The notes beneath the pieces were generated by a model. It was not told the origin of the DNA. It saw only the letters and a list, made by a program, of their open reading frames with translations, and made no database searches. From positions 2,047 to 66,046 of the forward strand of contig JAAZMP010000022.1 of assembly GCA_012798755.1 (NCBI GenBank): a stretch of 64,000 nucleotides of DNA. Direction: 5' to 3'. Numbering within the stretch: the stretch's first letter is position 1; the number at the start of each line of letters is the position of its first letter. Both the position numbers and the translations under genes were made by a program. Below, in pieces: positions 9,184 through 18,703 of the stretch. The DNA comes from Bacillota bacterium. Its GTDB lineage: Bacteria; Bacillota; Dethiobacteria; DTU022; UBA8154.

Positions 9184-10803
9184 TTGATGTACAGTGTAAT
9201 GATCGTAGATGATGAATACCTGGAGAGAAAAGCCATCAGGGCAATGGTGGAAAAAAATATGCCCAGACTTGAGGTTGTAGGCGAAGGCCAAAATGGCGAT
9301 GAAGCAGTGGAGCTGGCGGTTGATCTGCAACCTCATATTATTTTAATGGATATAAAAATGCCCGGCCGATCGGGTTTGGAGGCTGCCCGGGAGATTACTG
9401 AACACTATCCTGATACCCGGATTATCATACTTACCGCTTTTGATTATTTTGAGTATGCTCACCAGGCTCTTCATATAGGCATAGTTGATTATCTTCTGAA
9501 ACCGGTCCGGCCAAGTGCGCTGCAAAAGGTATTGGATGCTTGTGTTAGCGATCTGGATGCCAAAACTAAAATGCTTGACGAGAATAAAAAGATCAGAAAA
9601 CAACTATCCAAGATGTGGCCCTATATTCAATCATCTTTTATCTTTGATCTTATCAATGGCAATATTGTTGAGGAGCAGGAACTTAAGCAGAGTGCAAGTA
9701 TTTTAGACCTTGATCTGTTTCCTTCGGTAGTAATGGTTATCGGGGTGGAAAAGCCGGAAACTGCAACAAGGTCGCTGCCCGGACTTCAACACCAGCTGAA
9801 CAGGCAAAAAGTGTTTGAGGTTGCCCAAGATGTTTTTAACGACTGTGCATCTGTGCTGATTACACCTGTCTTGGAAGACAAGATAGTGTTGCTGTTACCC
9901 TGCAACAATAAAGATAATATCGAAGCCCAATATAATTTTTATCATAGAAAGGCTGAAAAGATTCTCCGGCGGTTATCCGGTTCAGATATTTCGGTCAGCA
10001 TCGGTGTAGGCCGATTTTATGAAGATATATTCATGATCAGGCGATCCTATCTTGAAGCCTTGGAAAACCAACAAGCTTCTTCATTTGCCGGGGAAAATGA
10101 GATAGTATCTTGTTTAAACTGTGATTCAGCGGCCCAGTGCCAGCAATTTTGCAAGTATCAGGATCTTAATGAATCTGAATTGGTATATTTAATATGTGCA
10201 GGGGATTGGGAAGGGGTTACTAAGTTACTGGATCCCCTTTGGGATGCTATTTGTAAAAGCAATGCAGGTGAAGAACTACAAAAGGCATTGGTTTTGGAAC
10301 TGTTGGTTGTAATTTACCGGGCAGTAATGAGCGGCCCCGATAAGATGGCGATATTTGGCCTCAGCTATATTAAGGAACTGTTGGACAGTGACACTATTGA
10401 TCAGCTGGGGGAGGGTTTCTATGCAGCGGTCAAAGAAATGATGGAAACTGTGAAAAAAAATGATAAGGTTACATCGTCTATGGTAAAAGCGGTACAAAAC
10501 TATATTAACGACAACTACCCCCACGAGGTTTCATTAAAGGATGCCGCCCGGCATGTTCATGTGAGCCCCTGTTATTTAAGCCGTATTTTCAGCAAGCAAG
10601 TGGGCCTGCCTTTTAAGAAATATTTAATTGATGTGCGCCTCAATTCTGCCAAGAAACTGCTGCTTACAACCAATAAACCTGTCGGAGAAATTGCCTTTGA
10701 CGTTGGTTACAATGATGTCAGCTATTTCTGCCGTACTTTTAAACAGCACCAGGGGCTTTCGCCGAATAATTACAGGGCCAATAACGCCTACAATAACGCC
10801 TAG
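9184..10803 (+). CDS. Response regulator with CheY-like receiver and C-terminal AraC-type HTH (YesN-like)
   Basis: Receiver motifs IVDDE...ILMDIKMPGRSG...LLKP; C-terminal AraC signature (YLSRIFSK...GYNDVSYFCRTFKQHQGLSPNNYR). Confidence 0.75.
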   Translation: MMYSVMIVDDEYLERKAIRAMVEKNMPRLEVVGEGQNGDEAVELAVDLQPHIILMDIKMPGRSGLEAAREITEHYPDTRIIILTAFDYFEYAHQALHIGIVDYLLKPVRPSALQKVLDACVSDLDAKTKMLDENKKIRKQLSKMWPYIQSSFIFDLINGNIVEEQELKQSASILDLDLFPSVVMVIGVEKPETATRSLPGLQHQLNRQKVFEVAQDVFNDCASVLITPVLEDKIVLLLPCNNKDNIEAQYNFYHRKAEKILRRLSGSDISVSIGVGRFYEDIFMIRRSYLEALENQQASSFAGENEIVSCLNCDSAAQCQQFCKYQDLNESELVYLICAGDWEGVTKLLDPLWDAICKSNAGEELQKALVLELLVVIYRAVMSGPDKMAIFGLSYIKELLDSDTIDQLGEGFYAAVKEMMETVKKNDKVTSSMVKAVQNYINDNYPHEVSLKDAARHVHVSPCYLSRIFSKQVGLPFKKYLIDVRLNSAKKLLLTTNKPVGEIAFDVGYNDVSYFCRTFKQHQGLSPNNYRANNAYNNA

Positions 10804-10842
10804 GTAATAACAAGTTAGCCGGATTACAGCCGGTAGCGCTAA

Positions 10843-10872
10843 AAACTGCTCTATAATAGGGCAGTTTTTTTA
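10843..10872 (+). terminator. Putative intrinsic terminator after the response-regulator gene
   Basis: AACTGC...GCAGTT stem followed by T7. Confidence 0.4.
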
Positions 10873-11316
10873 TTTATTGACTTTACTGCAAGGCTATTAC
10901 ACCGAAGGATCATGATGTTAAAGCTGTCGCGGCTTTTGTCCTAAGCGATAGGGCTGTCACTTTGAATGCCACCGGCTGCTGTCCTGGGTTTCAGCGAAGG
11001 ATCTTAAAAACCCCGCTATGTCTTTGCCCCATCGTTTAATCCGTAAAAATTATGTCCTTAAAATAGCAGTTTTTTTACATTTAACTTTTCAAGGTTTTTC
11101 TTTTTTTTATTTTGAACAGAAATCAAACAAAAAATTCCCAGGGTCGAACAAGAGTGTTTCCTGACTTTAACGCCTATTGTTTTTACAATTGAATTGAAGG
11201 AGTGGAGCAGTTGTAAACAAGCAGGTTTTGCAGAACGCGGGTAAGGGAGGGATGGCTACAGGCTGGAACCAGGGTTTACTGGAAGTTTCCACAAAAATTT
11301 CCAAGGAGGTAGAAAA

Positions 11317-13839
11317 ATGGCTATAACTAACACGATGTTGGAATACGGGGTGGAACCTTTTGATCAGGATTGGGGAACGGGTAAATCAGGCATGGGTGAC
11401 GGAAATTTTTCGCCTTATCCTAGGATCAACAAATTAAGAAAAATTTTTTTAGACACCCCGCATACGATTGATGAAAAGCGAGCTGTTATTTGGACCGAAA
11501 CTTTGAAAAACAATGTGGAAAAGCCGTACATCGTAAGGTGTGCAGAGGCATTCAGGGAAGTTTTGCGCAGGGTCCCGCTCTACATTAACGAAAACCTCAT
11601 TCTTGGGGACATGGCGGCACCGCCCAGGTCGGCACCTGTTTTCCCGGAATTTTCTTATGATTGGTTTGTTGAAGAATTTGACAGCGCTCCTTTTAATGAA
11701 AGAGACGGTGACCGTTTCGAGTACACCAAGGAAACAGAGGAAATCTTAAAGTCTTTGCATCCCTACTGGAAAGGCAGAACCGTCCACGATCTGGCCAAAA
11801 GCCTGATGACGGATGAAGAGCTTAAAGGGGAAGCAACATACGGCAAGGCTTTGTTTTTTCCGGGGAACTATTTCTTCGGCGGTGTTGGCCACTGTTCGCC
11901 GCGTTTTGAGTTGCTTTTTGAAAAAGGCTGGAAGGGCATACGTGAAAAAATTGAAAAGGCGCAGGCGGCATTGGATCTGAGTACACCCGAAGGCGTGCAG
12001 AAAAACAATTTCTACCGTGCAGAGTTGATTGCTGTTGAGGCAATCTCTATTTATATCCAAAGATATGTCGATGAAGCCCGAAAATTGGCTTCGGAAACAA
12101 AAGATGAGCAAAGAAAAAAGGAACTGCTTAATTGTGCCAAGGTTTGTGAGCGTATTGTAGAAGATCCCCCCACTGATTTCTGGGAGGCTCTGCAGATGGC
12201 CTGGTTTATCACCGTTGCTATCCTCATTGAAAGTAACGGGCACTCCATTGCTTATGGGCGTTTTGATCAGTACATGTATCCTTATTATAAGAAGGCTATT
12301 GCAGAAGGTTCATACACTAAGGACTTTATGCAGGAACTGATCGAATGTTTCTGGATCAAAGTCTGCGAACTTACCAAGATCAGAGACGCGGGTTCAACCC
12401 AGGCCTTTGGCGGTGTGGAAATAGGCGGTCCTTCTCTGACATTGGGCGGTGTGACCCCCGGCGGTGAAGATGCTGTCAATGAACTAAGCTTTATGGGCAT
12501 TGATGCTTTGGCACACCTTAGGCTGCAGGCCCCCTGGGTGACAACCAGGCACCATCCCAACCAACCTTATGAATGGTGGGTAAAATGCACCAAGGTTGCT
12601 AAAATGGGCTTTGGCTTACCTTCATTTTTCAATGATGAAGTCATTATCCCCTCCATGGTCAACAGGGGCAGGGCTATCGAGGATGCACGCGATTATAATG
12701 CCTTGGGCTGTGTAGAACCCGATGCCGGAGGGCGCGAATACGGCTGGCACGACATGTGTTTTTTCAATATGAACAAAGTCTTTGAACTGGCTCTGAACAA
12801 TGGAAGATGTTTGAACTGCAATGACACGTGCCCACGTTATGAATTTTGTGCCGGTGCAGGGAAACAGCTTGGTATCCCGACAGGTTCACTGGCCGATTTT
12901 AAAACCTTTGAAGAGGTCAAAGAAGCCTATGATAAGCAGATGAAACACTGGGTGGACTGCCTTGTCGGATTTTGCAACAGCTGCGATATAGCCCACCAGA
13001 CCAGAAAACCACTGCCCTATCTTTCACTTTTGATCGAAGACTGCATAGAAAAAGGCATCGATGTTACCGCCGGCGGAGCCAGATACAATTTTATTGGCCC
13101 GCAGGGTTTGGCGGCAGCTAACGTTGGTGATGGTTTGGCAGCTATTAAAAAACTTATATTTGAGGAAAAAAAGATTACAGGGGCAGAAATGCTTGATGCC
13201 TTGAAAAAAGACTGGGAGGGCTATGAAGCAATGCATGCCCTTGTTAACAGCAGCAAAGTTCCCCATTACGGCAATGACGATCTTTATGCCGATGAATTGG
13301 CCAGATTTGCTGCTCTTTCTTACTGCAAGCATCTGGAAAAACGCCCTACAGCTCATGGCGGTATTTTCCAACCCGGGCTTTACCCTGTATCCGGAAACAT
13401 CCCCGCCGGTGCCAACAACTGGGCGACCCCGGACGGGAGAAAGGCTGGAGAACCAACAGCGGATGGCGTATCTCCTGTCCATACCTCCAGGGGATCCCAT
13501 GACATTTCCGGCCCCACTGCGGTGGTCAAATCAGTATCTACCCTGGACCATTGCATTGCTTCAAACGGAACCCTTCTCAATATGAAGTTTACACCTTCAA
13601 CGCTGGCCGGGGAAGTGGGCGATGAAAACTTCATCAATATGATGCAGGTCTACTTCCAGCGCAAGGGTATGCACAATCAGATCAACGTTATCAGCAGGGA
13701 AGTCCTTGAGGATGCCGTTAAAAACCCTGAACAGTATAAGGGCCTGATCGTCAGGGTTGCCGGTTACAGTGCATTCTTTACTGAACTTGATCCCAGCCTG
13801 CAGCAGGATCTTATCGAAAGAACGGAGCTGGAATTTTAG
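11317..13839 (+). CDS. Glycyl radical enzyme, dehydratase/eliminase class (single catalytic Cys followed by Glu: GCVEP); 840 aa
   Basis: C-terminal glycyl radical motif RVAGYSAFF; GCVEPDAGG Cys-X-Glu loop (as in CutC/glycerol and diol dehydratases/HypD/IslA rather than PFL CC pair); RBS AAGGAGG. Confidence 0.85.
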   Translation: MAITNTMLEYGVEPFDQDWGTGKSGMGDGNFSPYPRINKLRKIFLDTPHTIDEKRAVIWTETLKNNVEKPYIVRCAEAFREVLRRVPLYINENLILGDMAAPPRSAPVFPEFSYDWFVEEFDSAPFNERDGDRFEYTKETEEILKSLHPYWKGRTVHDLAKSLMTDEELKGEATYGKALFFPGNYFFGGVGHCSPRFELLFEKGWKGIREKIEKAQAALDLSTPEGVQKNNFYRAELIAVEAISIYIQRYVDEARKLASETKDEQRKKELLNCAKVCERIVEDPPTDFWEALQMAWFITVAILIESNGHSIAYGRFDQYMYPYYKKAIAEGSYTKDFMQELIECFWIKVCELTKIRDAGSTQAFGGVEIGGPSLTLGGVTPGGEDAVNELSFMGIDALAHLRLQAPWVTTRHHPNQPYEWWVKCTKVAKMGFGLPSFFNDEVIIPSMVNRGRAIEDARDYNALGCVEPDAGGREYGWHDMCFFNMNKVFELALNNGRCLNCNDTCPRYEFCAGAGKQLGIPTGSLADFKTFEEVKEAYDKQMKHWVDCLVGFCNSCDIAHQTRKPLPYLSLLIEDCIEKGIDVTAGGARYNFIGPQGLAAANVGDGLAAIKKLIFEEKKITGAEMLDALKKDWEGYEAMHALVNSSKVPHYGNDDLYADELARFAALSYCKHLEKRPTAHGGIFQPGLYPVSGNIPAGANNWATPDGRKAGEPTADGVSPVHTSRGSHDISGPTAVVKSVSTLDHCIASNGTLLNMKFTPSTLAGEVGDENFINMMQVYFQRKGMHNQINVISREVLEDAVKNPEQYKGLIVRVAGYSAFFTELDPSLQQDLIERTELEF

Positions 13840-13875
13840 TTCTGGCCGGAAAAGCTGCCTGAAAGGAAGGTTGCC

Positions 13876-14283
13876 ATGAAAATGACATTGGAACTGGCCT
13901 TAAAAATGATCAAAAAGGCCGAGGAAAAAGCCCAATCCATCAATGTGCCACAAATCATTGCCGTAGTTGATGCCGGAGGCAATCTTGTAGCGCAACATCG
14001 TATGGATGGTGCCATACTGGCCAGTATAGATATTTCCTTTAAAAAAGCATATACCGCTGTAGCCACCAAAACACCAAGTCATTTGTTGGGTGCAGCTGCC
14101 CAGGTGGGCGGCCCGCTTTTTGGGTTGAATACAACCAACAACGGCAAAATAGTAATTTTTGGCGGTGGCTACCCGGTTAGTGATGAAAACGGACAGGTTA
14201 TAGGAGCTATTGGAGTTAGCGGCGGATCGGTTGAGGAGGATATGGCCTGCGCAGAAGCAGGGTTGGCGGCAATTAAGTCCTAA
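13876..14283 (+). CDS. DUF336 / GlcG-HbpS-like (PduO C-terminal-domain-like) protein
   Basis: AVVDAGGNLVA...SIDISFKKAYTA...GGGYPV...IGAIGVSGG pattern typical of DUF336 heme-binding family. Confidence 0.6.
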   Translation: MKMTLELALKMIKKAEEKAQSINVPQIIAVVDAGGNLVAQHRMDGAILASIDISFKKAYTAVATKTPSHLLGAAAQVGGPLFGLNTTNNGKIVIFGGGYPVSDENGQVIGAIGVSGGSVEEDMACAEAGLAAIKS

Positions 14284-14379
14284 AATGTCAAAGCCGTTTA
14301 CAGCTGCGTGGTTTGAAGGTAACCCTATTACGCGGGGGGTTATCTTCAAACCCCGGGCTGCGGGAAGGAGGAAAGTATA

Positions 14380-15327
14380 ATGGAACATTTATTGATACCC
14401 ATGGGAGATATAGGTATATGCCATCTGTTGCTTGGCTTTGCAGGGGGGGTACTTGGCGCCTGTTTTGCGGCACTGCCTGCTTTTGCCATATGCGGTATTT
14501 TTGTTTTAATGGGGGTGGCCCTTACTTTTACGGGTGCGGGAAGTTTATTTCTGGACAATATTGCTTTTGGTTGTATCGTTGGGCCGCAAACCGCTTTTGC
14601 CGGGGGGGTTGCGGCAGCGGCATATGCAGCTTCCAGAAAATATTTGGATACCGGCCGGGATGTCTGTACAGCTTTAAGCGGTCTTAACAAGCCTGATGTC
14701 CTTTTGGTGGGCGGGCTGTTTGGTTCACTGGGTGTTGCACTGGTATGGGTGTTTCAAACCTTGCTGCCTTTTGGCTGGAATGGTTTCCATTGGACAGACT
14801 CCCCGGGCCTGACCGTATTTATTTCTGCAATCATTGCCCGTTTGATGTTCGGTAAAACAGGTTTGTTGGGGAAGGTTCCGCAGGGAGAAAACCGTTGGCA
14901 GCCATCGATTGAAAATTCCTGGCTTCCCCAAATGTTTTCCGGTTTTCAGATCTTGGTAATTGGTTTAAGTTTTGGTTTTTTATCAAGTTGCCTTGCACTT
15001 ATAGTGGGTTTTGACAATGGTGGCATAGTTGTCGGGTTTGGCTTGTCTGCCGTAACCTTGTTTTTAATGCAGGCCGGGTTTAACATACCGGTTACACATC
15101 ATATTACCCTGATTGCGGCAGGGGCTTGTGCAGCCAGCGGCGGGAGTTTGCTCTGGGGTGCCATCTTCGGGGCGCTTGCTGCTTTTGTCGGCGAATATGA
15201 AGGGCGGTTGTTTCTGATTTTTGGCGATACCCATATAGATCCGCCGGCCATGGCTATATGGAGTATGTGGATTGTGTTGGTATTGTCCGGTTCCGCGGGC
15301 ATTTTTTCCGCTATTCCTTTGCCTTAG
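14380..15327 (+). CDS. Gly-rich polytopic membrane protein (possible substrate/product permease), family not recognised
   Basis: ~8 predicted hydrophobic helices, RBS AAGGAGGAAAG; sits between the GRE and its activating enzyme. Confidence 0.4.
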   Translation: MEHLLIPMGDIGICHLLLGFAGGVLGACFAALPAFAICGIFVLMGVALTFTGAGSLFLDNIAFGCIVGPQTAFAGGVAAAAYAASRKYLDTGRDVCTALSGLNKPDVLLVGGLFGSLGVALVWVFQTLLPFGWNGFHWTDSPGLTVFISAIIARLMFGKTGLLGKVPQGENRWQPSIENSWLPQMFSGFQILVIGLSFGFLSSCLALIVGFDNGGIVVGFGLSAVTLFLMQAGFNIPVTHHITLIAAGACAASGGSLLWGAIFGALAAFVGEYEGRLFLIFGDTHIDPPAMAIWSMWIVLVLSGSAGIFSAIPLP

Positions 15328-15415
15328 CAGCAAACAGTGATGTTAACCCTGGTATAGGGGTGAAGAAGTTTGTTTGACAGGTTTCACTGCAGACTTGAAC
15401 AATTGGAGGTTTAAG

Positions 15416-16390
15416 ATGAAAAAGGCTAAGGAAATAAAAGGTATTGTCTTCAATGTACAAAGGTATACTGTCCACGACGGACCTGGGACCAGGACGGAAT
15501 TATTTTTGAAAGGTTGTCCCTTGCGGTGTCTCTGGTGCGCCAATCCGGAAGGTTTCCACCGATATGTGGAAATAGGTTTATATGTGGACAGGTGCATAGG
15601 AGTTGACAAGTGCGGCTATTGCCTGGATCTCTGCCCGGATGGCAATAGCCGGGGTATTCTTACCATTGAAAATAACGTGATCACATCGATCGATCGCGAA
15701 TTGTGCAGCAATTGTCTAAAGTGTGCCCAGGCCTGCCCCGGGAACGCCCTGGTGGTATGGGGTGAAACAATGACCGTATCAGAAGCCGTCCGGGAAGTGC
15801 TCAAAGACAGAGAATTTTATGGCAGCAAAGGTGGCGTTACCATTTCCGGAGGCGAACCGTTAGCGCAGTGGGAATTTACTTTGGAGGTTATGAAAGCTTG
15901 CAAGAAAGCGGGGATCCACACCTGTATCGAGAGCACCTTTTATGGTCCCTGGAACGTCATAGAACAGATTCTTGAATACGCAGATTATATTTATACAGAT
16001 ATAAAGCACATGGATTCCGATAAACATAAGGAATATATTGGGGCGGGAAATGAATTGATCCTGGAAAATTTAACCCGCATCAGTAAAATGGGAATCCCCT
16101 ATGTTATCAGAATGCCGGTGATCCCCTACCATAACGATTCGCCGGAAAATGCCAGGGCCACAGCCGCGTTTATCGTTGATGCCATGGGGAATACCGTCAG
16201 GCAGGTTCAGCTGCTGGCCTTCCATGAATATGGGAGGGTAAAATATGATACTTTGGGCCTAAAATACCCCCTGGAGGGGCGCAAATGGCCGGATAGGGTC
16301 GAACAGAAGGCCAGGATCACGGAAATACTTGATATCATGAAATCCTATGGTGTCCCGGCTGTAATCGGAAGTAACGAAAGCGTGGACTAA
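15416..16390 (+). CDS. Glycyl-radical-enzyme activating enzyme (radical SAM, with extra ferredoxin-like Cys clusters)
   Basis: CPLRCLWCANPE radical-SAM CxxxCxxC; additional CxxCxxC...C clusters; GGEPL motif. Confidence 0.8.
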   Translation: MKKAKEIKGIVFNVQRYTVHDGPGTRTELFLKGCPLRCLWCANPEGFHRYVEIGLYVDRCIGVDKCGYCLDLCPDGNSRGILTIENNVITSIDRELCSNCLKCAQACPGNALVVWGETMTVSEAVREVLKDREFYGSKGGVTISGGEPLAQWEFTLEVMKACKKAGIHTCIESTFYGPWNVIEQILEYADYIYTDIKHMDSDKHKEYIGAGNELILENLTRISKMGIPYVIRMPVIPYHNDSPENARATAAFIVDAMGNTVRQVQLLAFHEYGRVKYDTLGLKYPLEGRKWPDRVEQKARITEILDIMKSYGVPAVIGSNESVD

Positions 16391-16450
16391 ACATGCAATA
16401 TCATATTATAAATGCAATCTATGGACAAATAAGGGGAAAGGAGAATAGAT

Positions 16451-18262
16451 ATGTTTGGCTTGATGGGTACAATTTTAAGAATTAATCTCACAGAACGTAC
16501 GGTAAAAAAAGAACCCCTTGACCCCAAGTTGGCAGAACAATATTTAGGGGGAAGGGGGCTGGCCAGTAAAATTCTTTACGATGAAATTGATCCGGCAATT
16601 GATGCACTGGGTCCCGAAAACAAGATTATTTTTTCCATTGGGCCCCTTACCGCTGTCCGTGGGCCGCTTACGGCGAGAAGCATGGTTGTCACCAAAAGTC
16701 CGTTAACCGGTACAATTGCCTGCTCAAACGTAGGCGGATCCTGGGGGGCGCAGATGCGGCAGGCGGGGCATGATATTATTATAGTTGAAGGTAGGGCTGA
16801 AAAGCCGACGTATTTGTGGGTTCACGGCGATGACGTGGAGATACGACCTGCCGATGGGGTTTGGGGTGAAGGTGTTTCCCGGACAACTTCTGTGTTGCGG
16901 GATGAAACAGATGAAAAAGCTGAAGTAATGTGCATAGGGCCGGCCGGAGAAAATCTTTCTTTGATTGCTGCCATTATGAACGAGCACCGGGCTGCCGGGC
17001 GTTCCGGTGTGGGAGCCGTAATGGGGAGTAAAAACCTTAAAGCCCTGGTTATAAGAGGAGTGGGCCGCAAGGCAAAAATAGCTGATCCGGAGGCTTTCAG
17101 CGAAGTTATTAAAAGGTGCCGCAAAAAAATAAAAGACAGCCCGGCTACCGGGATGGGACTGCCGAATCTGGGGACTGCCATGTGTGTGACACCGGTTAAC
17201 GGGGCGGGGGCCTATCCCATCAAAAATGGCCGTCAATCTTTCATGGAGGACGACAGCCTGGTTAACGGAGATGCGCTGGCCGCAAAATACCTGGTTAAAA
17301 AGCAGGGTTGTTCCCACTGTATGATACAGTGCGGCAGGGGTACCGTAGTTACAGAAGGCCCCTATGTATGCGAAGGTGAAGGGCCGGAATATGAAACTTT
17401 GTGGGCCTTGGGCGCTTGTTGCGGAATTCTCGATCGTATTGATGCAACGATAAAAGCCAACCAAATATGTGACGAGCTGGGATTGGACACTATAAGCATG
17501 GGCCTAACAATTTCCTGTGCCATGGATCTTTTTGAAGACGGCCTGATACCACTGGAGGATATTGGTGCCCCCTTGCATTTTGGGGATGCAGCAATGGTGG
17601 TTAAATTAGTCGAAGATACCGGTTATGCAGAAGGCTTTGGCGCTAAATTGGCTTTAGGATCATATCGCTTGGCTGAGCACTATGGCCATCCTGAATATTC
17701 TTTGTCCTGTAAAAAACAGGAAGTAGCTGCCTATGATCCCCGTGGGGCGCAGGCGGTAGGTCTGGGTTATGCAACTTCCAATCGCGGCGCCTGCCATTGC
17801 CGGGCAAACGTCCACCAACAAGAATTGTTGGGTGCAGACCCGGTTGATCCGCATATTATCGAAGGCAAAGCCGAATTGGTAAAATCGAAACAAGATTTTT
17901 GGAGTACAGTTGATGCGGCAGGCGTTTGTGCCTTTTTGTTCTTTGGGATCGCACCCGAAGATCTTTTTGATGCACTCAAAACTGTCACCGGGATGGATTT
18001 TGATGGGAAAAAAGCACAAGAAATTGGCGAACGTATCTGGAATTTGGAAAAATTGTTTAACCTGAAAGCCGGCCTGACAGCAGCAGATGATACCCTGCCT
18101 CCGCGCTATCTTCATGAACCGCCTAAAACAGGTCCCACTGCGGGAATGGTGAACAAACTGGGAGAAATGCTGCCGGAATATTATTCACTTCGGGGTTGGG
18201 ATGATGCAGGCGTACCTACAGCAGAAAAATTGGCGGAGCTAGGTTTGCAGCAGGCGCGATGA
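16451..18262 (+). CDS. Aldehyde:ferredoxin oxidoreductase (tungsten-containing AOR family)
   Basis: N-terminal AFOR_N pattern (ILRINLT...GGRGLASKILYDEI), central Cys motifs CSHC...C, 603 aa typical of AOR. Confidence 0.8.
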   Translation: MFGLMGTILRINLTERTVKKEPLDPKLAEQYLGGRGLASKILYDEIDPAIDALGPENKIIFSIGPLTAVRGPLTARSMVVTKSPLTGTIACSNVGGSWGAQMRQAGHDIIIVEGRAEKPTYLWVHGDDVEIRPADGVWGEGVSRTTSVLRDETDEKAEVMCIGPAGENLSLIAAIMNEHRAAGRSGVGAVMGSKNLKALVIRGVGRKAKIADPEAFSEVIKRCRKKIKDSPATGMGLPNLGTAMCVTPVNGAGAYPIKNGRQSFMEDDSLVNGDALAAKYLVKKQGCSHCMIQCGRGTVVTEGPYVCEGEGPEYETLWALGACCGILDRIDATIKANQICDELGLDTISMGLTISCAMDLFEDGLIPLEDIGAPLHFGDAAMVVKLVEDTGYAEGFGAKLALGSYRLAEHYGHPEYSLSCKKQEVAAYDPRGAQAVGLGYATSNRGACHCRANVHQQELLGADPVDPHIIEGKAELVKSKQDFWSTVDAAGVCAFLFFGIAPEDLFDALKTVTGMDFDGKKAQEIGERIWNLEKLFNLKAGLTAADDTLPPRYLHEPPKTGPTAGMVNKLGEMLPEYYSLRGWDDAGVPTAEKLAELGLQQAR

Positions 18263-18325
18263 AACAAAAGCAATATTTGATTTTTAAAAATTAAAGTTTA
18301 GCTGCCGGTAAGATCTTGGTAATGA

Positions 18326-18362
18326 AAAGCCAATGCTTTCATATTGGGCATTGGCTTTTTCT
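18326..18362 (+). terminator. Intrinsic terminator after AOR gene
   Basis: AAAAGCCAATGC-loop-GCATTGGCTTTTT. Confidence 0.55.
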
Positions 18363-18429
18363 CTTTCTTGACAGCGAAATGCGTTTGTGTTAAAATTATA
18401 TTCGTTGTATAAAGGTTTTATTGTCGCGC

Positions 18430-18507
18430 GGTGGGTGTAGCTCAGCTGGTTAGAGCGCCAGGTTGTGGCCCTGGAGGCCGTGGGTTCGAGTCCCATCACT
18501 CACCCCA
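18430..18507 (+). tRNA. tRNA-His (GTG) with encoded G-1 and CCA
   Basis: Manual fold: G-1 + acceptor GTGGGTG/CACTCAC, D-arm GCTC..GAGC, anticodon loop TTGTGGC (GUG), T-arm GTGGG TTCGAGT CCCAT. Confidence 0.85.
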
Positions 18508-18553
18508 ATCTAAAATTAAATATTTAACTGTATTTAAGCAAAAAAAAAATTGC

Positions 18554-18629
18554 TGGGGTGTAGCCAAGCGGTAAGGCACAGGACTTTGGATCCTGCATTC
18601 CGTAGGTTCGAATCCTACCGCCCCAGCCA
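18554..18629 (+). tRNA. tRNA-Gln (TTG)
   Basis: U1:A72 acceptor TGGGGTG/CGCCCCA, anticodon stem CAGGA/TCCTG with loop CTTTGGA (UUG), T-loop TTCGAAT, CCA encoded. Confidence 0.85.
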
Positions 18630-18703
18630 ATTTTTATTTTTAGGGCTTTAATACGCAAAATCGTTTGTAAAAAAACAAAGTTTTTATAATGCAGCCTTCA
18701 AAT

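Noticed and set aside
16724-17464. 246-aa and 119-aa minus-strand ORFs inside the AOR gene; similar antisense ORFs inside GRE, NuoF-like, ftsH and fhs genes
   Set aside because: Each is fully embedded antisense to a strongly supported conserved CDS and rich in Pro/Arg/Ser, typical of a GC-skewed antisense frame. No independent support.
18284-18499. 71-aa ORF overlapping tRNA-His on the opposite strand
   Set aside because: It is the reverse complement of a well-folded tRNA gene.
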